A model generated the notes under the pieces. The model saw only the letters and a program-made list of their open reading frames with translations, did no database searches and was not told where the DNA came from. The translations under genes were made by a program, and so were the position numbers. This document shows positions 53,587-64,000 of a stretch of 64,000 nucleotides of DNA, one piece after another. The stretch covers positions 326,430,001-326,494,000 of the forward strand of contig OZ024740.1 of the NCBI GenBank assembly GCA_964016885.1, read 5' to 3'. The stretch comes from Eledone cirrhosa (lineage: Eukaryota). Every line of letters begins with the position of its first letter. The first letter of the stretch is position 1.

Positions 53587-53803
53587 CCCTTTAGCATTTA
53601 AACTGGCTGTATTTGGCCAGAATTCTCTCACCTCTTTCTGTTCAAACCAGTGTAACTGGTCACTCATACTGATGTTAAGGTATTATTTTCAAAATAAATA
53701 TCAAAACCTCATAGATTCGATTTTATGCGAGATAATTCTGTGAGGTAAAGCTTTTACCATGAAAATATAATAGTATATATAGAGTAATGTAAATGCTAAA
53801 GGG
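53587..53803 (+). mobile_element. piggyBac-like MITE copy
   Basis: CCCTTTAGCATTTA...TAAATGCTAAAGGG|TTAA. Confidence 0.85.
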
Positions 53804-55142
53804 TTAAGCCAGGGAGCATTCAAAACCACCTCAGTGGGGTGAAGAATGTTGTCATCTGATGCAATCATTCTGACCACAGTGAAGATGTCAATGTTAATAA
53901 GTTTTGTGTTTATGCAGTTATGTAAACACTTCCAGTCAGTGCCAGTGGTGGAGGATAGCTGGCATATATTTGGACCAGAAATATTCTGTTCTGACATTTG
54001 AGATAGGTGAAAATTGCTACATCATGAATGATTTTGTTTTTAATGACGGTACAAATTTGCTGGAGTAGTGGGCTGGTTGGAGGATCAGAGACTGAAGCAC
54101 TGTTCAACAGCTTCCTCCACCCTTTGTATTTATTGTTTTAGGGGTGTTTTCAAAAATATATATGTATCACCTAAACACATTACAAGTACTCAAAAATACT
54201 TTTCAAGCCAATCAGGTAGCCTCTACGTCTGTACAGGGTCTCTGAATGTATTAAAAATAGTAGCTAAATATCTCTCAAACTGCACCTTTTCATCTTAAAA
54301 AAAAAAAAGAACATGTTGGATAATGTGGTCCTAGATTCCCTCCAGAGTGAGAAAAGACTGGATGGTCACAGCAGCAAAACTTTTTGTCATTCATTGCTCA
54401 ACCTGTGCTGATGTGGGGTTAAGCAGCAATAAAAATATCTTGTCTCCACACTATCATTCTATCTGTATTAATTCACAATATTTTCACACTAAATTTACAT
54501 TACACTCCATTTCTATTCTCTCTGCCAATTATCACCTTGTTTTGGGTGGTCTGTAATAGGTTAGAAACACCATCTTATAATTTAAAACTGCCCCTCCCCC
54601 TAAAGTTTATATCATATTTAGATTGAATTGGACTTACTTAAAGTTCTTAAATCACTGAAGCAGTCAAAATTAATTATATTAGACATATAATTAGACTCTG
54701 TAAAACTGTTGGTGATAGGAAGGGCATTTAGCTTGAGAAAACTTGCCAAACAAAGGGTTGAGAGGACCCGTTAGTTGTTTCAAAGACATGACAGCTTTCC
54801 TACTTTTGGTGCCACAATGAAATACACCCAGTACACTCTGTAGTCTGTGGAAAAGTATGTAAACAAGATACAGCCTCTCTGAGAATTCAGTAGCTCAGAT
54901 TAAGTGCTGACTTAGTCTGTGATGACTCATCAACCCTTGCTAGCAGGGAAAACAGATGTTAAATCATGATAACGTAGGCACAGCCGATGTACTTTTGGGG
55001 AAGATATAGCAGGTAATCTAATACTTGAATGACACTTATTTTATTGGTGAATGGAAATAAAGTCACAGGAAAAATGTTGGAATTTTTGACTCAGTTAAAT
55101 AATCACAAAAAAAGGATGTTTCATTTTATTTGCATACAATAA

Positions 55143-55325
55143 ATAATTGTTTCTACTTTAGGCACAAGGCCAGCAATTACCCAGTACATTACTGGTACTT
55201 TATTTTATCTACCCTGTAAGGATGAAAGGCAAAGTGAACCTCGGCGGGATTTGAACTCACATCGTAAAGGGACGTAACTATGCTGGAAAGCATGGCGTCC
55301 GACCCTCTGCCAATCCACCGCCCTT
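55143..55325 (-). mobile_element. tRNA-head SINE with Meta/MESC-like central domain (near full length)
   Basis: A/B-box-like head (TGGCAGAGGG...GAGTTCAAATCCC), then CTTTGCCTTTCATCCTTAC.GGGT.GATAAAATAAAGTACCAG core and GTAGAAACAATTA tail. Other copies at 77-172, 240-353, 2010-2146, 3960-4160, 7823-8037, 8275-8450, 11256-11395, 11990-12103, 18783-18892, 21262-21355, 38027-38243 (x2), 43150-43290, 43315-43525 and 44300-44385. Confidence 0.85.
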
Positions 55326-55989
55326 GCATACAATAAATAATAATGGTCAGTGTAATTAAACAAATGATGTTTTAAGTAAATTATTAATTGAAAATACTGG
55401 ACTTGTACACAAAAGCAACATAATTTATATAATGGCATTACATGTATATGAAAAGTATTACATTTTATTCAATATCTTATAACAATGAAAAAAAATGAAA
55501 AACAAAAACAAAATATTTAAATTAATCATTTATTCAACTTTCTCCTGTGACTGTTTTTTTTCTTCCTTGATTCATTTTAACACTTTGAAAAGAATGAAAG
55601 GTAAACTTGACTCCTTGCTGGATTTTAACTCAGAACATAAAATGACATAATTAATACCTTAAAGTATTTTCTTTAATACTTTACCAACTCTGTTAATCTA
55701 TTGACTTATTATGTCAGTTATATAAAAAAAAAAAAATGGTCTGTCTTTACATAATGTTGAATTTTTTTCTCTGTATTAGCAATTAATGCAGTAATTGTTT
55801 TTACTATAATGGGAAGAAAATAATACATGTATAAGGTTTGGGCAGATGAACTGGCAGAGAACCAATTACACTGGATATCCTTGATTTTTCTGTCTGAAAC
55901 AGAAACTTTTCAAAACAAACAGTAGACAGTCTGATTTATTTTGCACATATGATAAAAATATGTCATGTGTATCTGTAAAGAAATGTCAA

Positions 55990-56475
55990 TACAACTACAC
56001 CTTTCTAGTCATATTCATCCCTGGGCATGGATACATTGAAGCTCCGATGTTTGGCAACTGACTTGGTAAACACCCACAAAATTATTAACCATCTTGCCAA
56101 CAACAAGCCTGAGTATCTTTTTGAATTCCATGTGTCTAACACACGTGGGCATGCCTACAAAGTCAGAAAACAGTACAGCTCCCATGACTTTTAGAAACAT
56201 TTTTTCACGCTCAGAATTGCTGAAGCATGGAACAAACTACCTGCATCAGTTGTTAGCTGCCGAGACACTGCATCCTTTAAAACCTCTATGCTTCTTGAAA
56301 TTCGCCAACACTCCACCTGATATCCCCTTCCATACACACGCACACATGTATATCATGACTCATACACTATTCACTTCCCTGACATTTGTATATTATTCTA
56401 TGTACTATACATGCACCTTTGACGAGTTGTAGTACACCTGAGCACTGTACACAATAATTTCATTATTATTATTAT
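55990..56475 (+). mobile_element. CR1-like LINE 3' end
   Basis: TRGHAYKVRKQYSSHDFRKHFFTLR.AEAWNKLP-like C-terminus, 3'UTR and (ATT)n tail. Confidence 0.8.
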
Positions 56476-57604
56476 CATCCTGTCCCATAGTCCCTTATTC
56501 ATCATCATCACAATTAAATGTCCATTTTTCCATGCTAGCATGGGTTAGATGATTTGTCCCGTTGTGAGTCAAGTCAGGTCAGATGACCATGTCTTGTTCA
56601 TACAGAACTGTTTCTAGCTTGGTTTCTATGGCTGGATGCCCTTCCTCATGTCAACCACATTTAGTGTGGATGGGTGCTTTTTATCGTAACACTTACACGA
56701 CTTCTTTGCAGTGGGGACTGGGTGCTTTTTGTCCTAAACATGCATCCTAACTTAACTCTGAATCTGTAAATAGTACAAAAAAAAAAAAATTCTGTTTTAG
56801 ATTGTAAAATCTGCAGCCTTTTGTTCTGTGGTTAAGATCATCATCCCTCTGCCTTTCTTTACTCTTATGTTTCTAATATAAGTACCAGATTAACTGAACA
56901 GGATATGACTGCTTCAAGTAGGAACCTTTCATAAAATGTGTGATGGTGATTGTTCTTGGATTTAAGCTTGAAACCTTTTCAAACAATTTCTTAATAGTGG
57001 TAAGAAACTCTCATATACTATTACTTCAATAAATGACAGGAATAAATTGATAAATTCATTATGAAGAGATTACAAGCTAGGCAATAACATGATTAAGTAT
57101 AACTTCTATAAATGTAATATATATAATATTTAAAATTTTATCCGATTTTAATTAATGGGTTATGATGTTGACACAGTTACATTGTGGAATAGTCATTTTA
57201 GCCACTTAAGAATGTTCGAAGACTCGTATTCATGTTTCATTTAATAATATAGTCTGTTAGGAAGTGAGGACACAGAGAAAATACTGTTATATTTACTTGA
57301 CATTTATTAATAGAACTGTTTAATATGACGTGTCACTTCCTGATAGACAGTACTATTAAGAAATAATAAAAAAAATGAATATTATAGCCTTAGTGCATTT
57401 TTAAATGGCTCTAAAGACTCTTCTATGATTTGTTTCCCTTTCAATACATGGTCCTAGATCAAGTCACTTGACAAACAAGTACCACCCTGAAATATAATGT
57501 TTTCCATCTATGTCATCATAATCACCATTTAACATCCATTTTTCTACACTAGTATATGTAATTTTTATTTAGTCATTTAAATTGCTAAGTTCTAAGACAT
57601 TCTA

Positions 57605-57845
57605 ACCCATGGACATGTAGTTAGAATGTCTCGAGAAAGAATCACTGGACAGATTTTATGGGCAAAACCAACCGACAGGAGACCCAAGGGTAGACCCTGA
57701 GCAAGATGGTTGGATAACATGCATGTATGTGCTTGGCTGGTCTTGCTTGAGGATCCAATCAGTTGGAAATGGTTACTTCTGATAGGACTTGCTGGAAGGA
57801 GTGTTTCAGGATTCTGCCCCCACAACCCTCTCAGGAATAGGTGGG
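57605..57845 (+). mobile_element. Rex3/Expander-like LINE 3' fragment
   Basis: Homolog of 4915-5150 (GHVVRMSRER...GRRPKGRP.ARWLDN). Confidence 0.75.
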
Positions 57846-58129
57846 CAAAGAGTTTCTGGTGTGCCATTTTTATCAAAGTTTGTCCAATGTTATCTATCAT
57901 TTAGTTCATTTAAATATTAATTTTTAACATAGACACAAGACCTCACATTTTGGTAACAGACATTGTTGATAAGAATGAAAGGTAAAATTAACTGTGTCAA
58001 GATTTGAACTCAGAACATAAAGGTACACTACTAAAAACCACAAAACAGTTTGTCCTTCACTCTGTTGGTTCTGTCAATCTAGTTACACTGAGATTATTCA
58101 AATATCAATAGCTTTTTTATTCTCTATAA

Positions 58130-58425
58130 CCCACTAGAAAAACAGCATTTGATAGGATGTTATATAGCACCTCTCTTGAATGGCGGAAAGGAAGATAGCC
58201 AAATACCCCAAATACCAAGATTTGACCAACTACTTCCATTTTGTGTCGGTCACTGTCAAGACCTCTGATGTCTTCAGTCTCCAAACTGCTGCTTTCTTCC
58301 ACAAAATTAGGAGGTATGCATCCTGTCTGAAGAAGAAACTCCATAAAGAGGAATGGCTGATGTAGTGGGTGTTGCTGGTTGTTCTCCATGGCAATGCCTT
58401 TGCCATTTTGTCTGCAATGTGCAGC
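58130..58425 (+). mobile_element. Degenerate CRE-like RLE fragment
   Basis: AERKIAKYPKYQDL...FVSVTVKTSDVF...EEWLM, followed by a degenerate 'AVLHGNAFAIL'. Confidence 0.6.
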
Positions 58426-58479
58426 TGAAATATACTGCCAGGACTGGTGGTCCCTCCCTTTCCCTTACTTTTTTTCTTT

Positions 58480-58700
58480 TTTTGAGCACAAGATGGATGG
58501 AATGTGTGCAAGAGAGAAGGCTGCATTAGTATAGCCATGTGATGTGTTTGAAGGATGACAGCTGTATAAAGAAGTGCAGGGCAATCGGTCAAGGGAACCT
58601 GTGGTGGAGGAGGAGCTAGGAAAACATGGGATGAAGTAGTAAAGGCTGACCTCAAAAAAAGCTGGACTTCACAGAGAAGAGACAATATTGAGTTGATTAT
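58480..58700 (+). mobile_element. RTE LINE C-terminal fragment
   Basis: Degenerate match to 42050-42270. Confidence 0.7.
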
Positions 58701-59799
58701 CTATACTAGAGAAGACTCATATTCCTACATATGTGGAATGAAACAAGCATGAGGAGGATGGAGGTAAAATGTAGAAAGTTATAACAATACTTAGGCTGTC
58801 CATTCCATCAACCCCTCCTCACTATTCCCCCCCCCCCCCCCCTCCAAACTTAGTCTTTCCTTATGCACATTTGATCTCCCTCTTCCCCACCATAGTCTTT
58901 CTTTCATCCACCTAGTTTCTTCTATTTACATCCCTGATTTCTCCTCCATCTTACTCAAAGGCAGCTGTACCATCAGTCTACTGTCAGACTCTGTTCCCCC
59001 CTCTCTTTCTCTCCTGCTCTCCTAGACCTAACACTTATTCTCCCTTCCCTCTTCTTGCTTTCAACTTGCACTTTGAAATTTAACCATGCCAGCATGGAAA
59101 GGTGTGCACATTCCATAATGCTGCCAGATATCACTCATTTCCTTTAAGGCAACCCATGTCACCATGGGTTAGTAATAGACAGCCTAAACCCTACTTTCAC
59201 CTCCCACTCCCTAACACTCCTTCAAGTCTGGCCAAGGATACAAGTATTCTGATATTGCAATGTGGTAATACTGGTTCCATAATAAAATGTGCTCAGCCCA
59301 CATTGGAAAGTGCTGGAGTCATGATAAAATGCATCCAGCTCACACTGTCAAGTGGTAGTGCTGGAGCCACAAAAAAGCACCCGATCTCCTTTGTCTGGTG
59401 GTAGTAGTGGTGTCACAAGAAAACTAACTCGGTTCATTCTGTGAAGTCATTGGCATAAGGAAGGGCATCCAACTGTAGAAATCATGTATGTTAGACAGGT
59501 TGTTACTTCCTGAGGCTAGAGAAGCAGGCCAGATGACAGTCATCTGGCCTGCTTGTCTAGCCTCAGGAAGTAACAACCTGTCTAACACACATGCAAGTAT
59601 GGACAATAGATAGGTATATATATATATATTAATCAAGTGTGTTTTGAAACAGTGAGCAGGTATGAAAATAGAAATAGAAGCTTTCGCTGTATTTTTGACT
59701 AAAGAAAGTTTAGCCTGATAGTGGGATTTAGAACCTTCTAAGAAATGGAAAAAGATTTGGAATTGTGCACTATTTTACTCGTGTTTGCAAACCTAAATA

Positions 59800-60205
59800 T
59801 ACAGTGGAGTCTGCTGCTGTACAGGTCAGTCTTGGACACTGACCAAGAGACTCACTGAGATGGTAGATGGGTGCTACATGAGAATGCTGAGGATGGCTCT
59901 GAACATAAATCAGTATGCACTGAGGATGAAGAACTCAGTTGTATGGGAGCCTCCCAAAATTAGTTCAAAAGTGACACAGAGGAAACTGAGGTTAGTTGGA
60001 CATGCTCACCAACATATAGAGTTGACACTGCACTCAGTGGTCCTGTGGGAGCCCCTACATGGACACACTGGAAGAGGGAGCCTGAAGATGACATGTTGAT
60101 GCCCTAAGGACAGACACTGGTCTCGGAGATGCAGGACATAGTGGCGAAGATGGACAGAGACTGCTGGATAGAACTTGTCCATGGATCTCAGGAATTTTAC
60201 CTGCC
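59800..60205 (+). mobile_element. RTE-group LINE 3' fragment (different family)
   Basis: VESxLLY...WTLTK....VDGCYMRMLRMALNI...LRLVGH...VVLWEP.HG..GRG motifs. Confidence 0.7.
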
Positions 60206-60675
60206 CTAGATATATATATATACACATACACACAGACAGACAGAGTTAATATGGTTGCAGTCTCATAGGAATTTACTCTAAATTATCATTACATGACAAC
60301 TGTTAGTTTGGCAAAATAGACAATACAGCATGGGCCTAGAACAAAGGGCACCAAAAAAGCAGGGCTGTACCTGTATATACATCCTTGTCTTTTAACCTAC
60401 ATTTCATATTTAAAGTAGATTTAAACATAGATATAAACAAAGGAAGATGTTTAATAAAACCTACTTGTTTAATTTCTCACTTCAACTTCCTTTTATTCAA
60501 AATAATCCAGTTTATCCAGTAGTTTGGTCAATTTTCTTTTGTGTGATTCCTAGGAGTTGTTAGGATTGTTCAAGGTGGTGTTTTATATTTGTTAACCTCA
60601 AATCAGCTTTCATTGTACAGACCTATGATCAAAGGGGTTCCAGTTGAGACCATCCCATTTTTTAATATAATTATT

Positions 60676-61505
60676 ACAGTAACCAGGATAAGAACGGGGT
60701 GGAAGAAGTTTAGGGAGCTACTACCACTGCTAGCTACAAAAGGCTTTCCCCTCAAAATGAAAGACAGACTGAATGATGCATGCATATGAACAGCAATGTT
60801 ACATGGTAGTGAGACCTGAGTGTTGTGTGCAGAAGACTTGTGTAGGTTATAAAGAAACGAAGCTTGTATGCTCCGATGGATGTTTAATAGTAATATACGT
60901 GAACGGCAAAGCATAAACGAATTAAGAGAGAGACTAAGTATAAGAGGAATCAAATGTGTGCAGGAGAGGAGATTGCAGTGGTATGGACATGTGATGCGTA
61001 TGAAGGATGACAGTTGCATAAAAAGGGGGAGAGCACTAAAAGTCGATGGAAGCCGTGGAGTGGGGAGTCCCAAGAAGACCTGGAATGAAGTGATAAAAGC
61101 GGACCCAATTACACCTCTCAAAGGCGATGACACACGACCATGACCTCTGGCGTTATGCAATAATACAGAAGACCCGAGTCCCCACAGGTACAAGCCGATG
61201 CTGAAGCATATATACAGTATGCCCTATCCCCGCTCCTCCCACTGTAAAGTGATCGTGTAGGTGTCACGGCAAAAAGCACCTAGTCCACACTGTAAAGTGG
61301 TCGTGCAGGCGCCATGGTAAAAAAGCACCCAGTACTCACTGTAAATGAGGTTGGTGTTAAGAAGGGCATCCAGCTGCAGAAACCGAGCCAAAATCAGTCC
61401 TGTATTAGCTAGACATAGTCACCTGACCTGGCATTGCTCACAACAGGACAACCTGTCTAACCCATGCTAGCATGGAGACATCAATGTAAAATGGTGATGA
61501 TGATT
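60676..61505 (+). mobile_element. RTE LINE 3' fragment with 3'UTR
   Basis: Closely similar to 41830-42610 (GWKKFRELLPLL, LQWYGHVMRMKDDSCIKR). Confidence 0.9.
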
Positions 61506-61577
61506 ACAACTTTGTCCATTGTGTTCCTCCTTTTTTAGGAACATATGGCAGGGATAGGGAATCATTTTTTATTTTAA

Positions 61578-61785
61578 CCCTTTAGCATTTACATTACTCT
61601 ACATATACTATTGTATTTTTGTTGTAAAAGCTTTATCTCACAGAATTATCTCACATAATATCAAATTTACAAGATTTTGGTATTATTTATTTTGAGAACC
61701 ATATATGTGGCTGCTTACAGCCGGTTTGAACAGAAAGAGATAAGAGAATTCAGGCCGGATATAGCCGGTTTAAAATGCTAAAGGG
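61578..61785 (-). mobile_element. piggyBac-like MITE (family also at 27513-27720 and 53587-53803; partial at ~7078-7280 and ~62104-62300)
   Basis: TTAA|CCCTTTAGCATTT...AAATGCTAAAGGG|TTAA; ~210 bp; five copies in the window. Confidence 0.85.
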
Positions 61786-62395
61786 TTAAGGCATCACAGT
61801 TGTGAAAATACATAAAGAAATATGTTGTCAAATGGAAATGTCTTTTTTAGGTATTTTTCTGAAATTCAAAAACCTTAATAATAAAGTTGTTCCACGTTCT
61901 TTTTTCTGTCCCTCTATGCAACTATACAGTTTATTTTTTTTTTGCATAATGGTAGGGGTTAAATGAAATGCATGAAGGTGAGTGGTAAGTGACGGAGGAA
62001 GGGCTGAGAAATACTGATTTCAGGTAACACTGGTAGTCAAAATGCAGATTGTAGATTAATCAAAAAGCAAGATTACTTTACAGGATAGAAGAATGAGACT
62101 TAAACCTTTAGCATTTAAACCAGCCATATCCAGCCAGAATTCTCTCACCTCTTTCTGTTCAAACCAGCTGTAACTGGCCACTCATACTTATATTAAGGTA
62201 TTGTTCTCAAAGTAAATAATATCAAAATTTCATAGATTTGATATTATTTGAGATAAAGTATTTACCATGAAAATGAAATAGTAAATATAATGTAAACGCC
62301 AAATTACTGAATGTTGGTGGTGATATTAATGTATTGAGATTTACTTTACTGTAATATATGAAACACTATTTTTTTCAGGTTGATGCCTCATCAGA

Positions 62396-62498
62396 ATGGA
62401 GTCTATATGGGAAGGAAGTGGTCTTCCCTTAATGACAGATAATATATCAATTTTGGACAAAAAAGTATCCAATTTAGAAGATACTTATGTAGAATCTG
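62396..62498 (+). CDS. Probable first coding exon of an unidentified plus-strand gene (exon 62379-62498)
   Basis: tttttttcAG|G acceptor, in-frame TGA upstream of the ATG, open frame MESIWEGSGLPLMTDNISILDKKVSNLEDTYVES, donor G|GTATGT. Confidence 0.6.
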
Positions 62499-63399
62499 GT
62501 ATGTAGCTTATTCATCTATTATTTTATATAGCATGAATGGGTTAGTTCTGCAAATTTAGTTATTTACATAAATTAATGAAATAAGTATTTCTGGAGTTCT
62601 TAGATTACCCTCTGGGAGAAATTAGAATTGAGAATTTTTACATCCCTGATGTAATCAGTGATATTAATAAAATATATATGAAGTGAAACTTTTCTGATCA
62701 AACCATGTGCTTGGCTTATTGAGATCTGAGCTCTTACTTATGGGTGTTTTTTCCTGTAAGCTGGACCACATTCCAAAATCCAATCTTTCAAAAACTGAAC
62801 AATATGAGAGTGGAAGCATTTTATTGGTCAGCTTTGATCCTAGCTTAGTCAGGTGACAATGTCAACCTCAAAGGTTTCATTTTTGGTATGGTAGCTATGG
62901 CTGGATGCCTTTCCTAATGCCAATTACATCACGTCTACTACTGGAAGCATTTTATCGTGGCACCAGCACTATCACCTTACAAAGTGAACCGAGTGCTTTT
63001 TGTTGTGGCACCAGCACTACCACTTTACAGGATGGAGTGGGTGCTTTTCATTGTTGCATCAGTACTACCTCATTACATCACTAGGCTGCTCGCTGTCACC
63101 TTGGCAAAGCTTGGGAGTAGAGGTGTGAGATGGGAGAGTAGGCACCAGGTCATGGAGGTAGCCTTGAAGAGAGTGAGTTGCATCTGGCAATATATTATGT
63201 GCTGGCATGGGTTGTACAAGGAAAGTGAATTGGAGATGTAAGTAGGAGGGGGAGGTGCACATCTTTACATGCTGACATAGGTTGAATGAGGAAGAGGAGG
63301 CACAAAGGATGTGAGAGGAGGAAGACTAAAGCAGAGAACTTAGTGATGGGAGAGGATTAAAGTAGAAGGTCAACAGAGGAGTTGGAATTGGGTGAGAGT

Positions 63400-63850
63400 G
63401 GGAAGCATGTTGTCAGGCAGAGACCTAAATATCATTTCACCTCTCTGCCCTTTCCATGTTTGTTTCATCCCACTCATGTAGGAAGCCAAATCTTCTGTCA
63501 TACAGCATCATGTCAGTCAACTTGATCCTGTGTCATCTCCTGCTCGAGGTCAGTCATCACTACATCATCCTAAGTTTTCCCGTCTTCCTCTTCCACATGT
63601 TCTATTGACTTTCAGTGCCTTTCATCTCTTTAAGAAGCTGTTGTCCTTCATACACATTGATAATAAGCTTGAATTTCTGTAGGTGGAAATGTTGGCAGGG
63701 AGGGAATTCTAGAGAGATACAGTCTTGAAGAAGGATCAGAGAAAAATATTTCACAGAAGTGGGGGTGATTAGGCTTAAATGTGAGGTGCAGTACATGTGA
63801 TTAAGGGAGGAGAAGCATTGTACATTACATTGGTTTGGATGAGTGACTGC
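63400..63850 (-). mobile_element. Degenerate RTE LINE C-terminal fragments
   Basis: The reverse complement resembles the 'GRGR.RKTW..V' C-terminal region of the same family. Confidence 0.55.
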
Positions 63851-64000
63851 AGTCAGCTTCAGATGTGGTTTGTACACAGTCGTGTTTCATTTCCTGGTTC
63901 TAGCTAGCTCACTTCACTAACTTTACTCTTGAAAAAAACATGTAAGTCACATCTACCATGCCTCCAGTAATAACTGATGGTTTTTCTCTAAGAAATTTAT

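Overview
AT-rich, repeat-dense eukaryotic genomic DNA. The SINE/LINE families, the (TA)n/(TG)n density and the gene structure most resemble an octopus (coleoid cephalopod); this is an inference. The main gene is a complete five-coding-exon ATMIN/ASCIZ orthologue on the minus strand (37949->29511, 1083 aa by my splicing, four zinc fingers, 11 TQT motifs). A 90-aa orphan ORF with a splice acceptor (1444-1716, -) and a probable first coding exon of a divergent plus-strand gene (62379-62498) are also present. The rest is mobile DNA: a full-length DD37D (maT) Tc1/mariner element with one premature stop, RTE LINEs whose RT carries an inserted PHD finger, GC-rich CRE-like RLE retroelement fragments, Rex3/Expander-like, CR1-like and R4-like LINE pieces, many Meta-domain-like SINEs, piggyBac-, hAT- and Tigger-type MITEs, a Helitron and a probable LTR. 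The most notable unexplained pattern is at least five short, near-perfect fold-back inverted duplications, mostly built from local repeat sequence. No prokaryotic-type systems, CRISPR arrays or intact tRNA/rRNA genes were seen.
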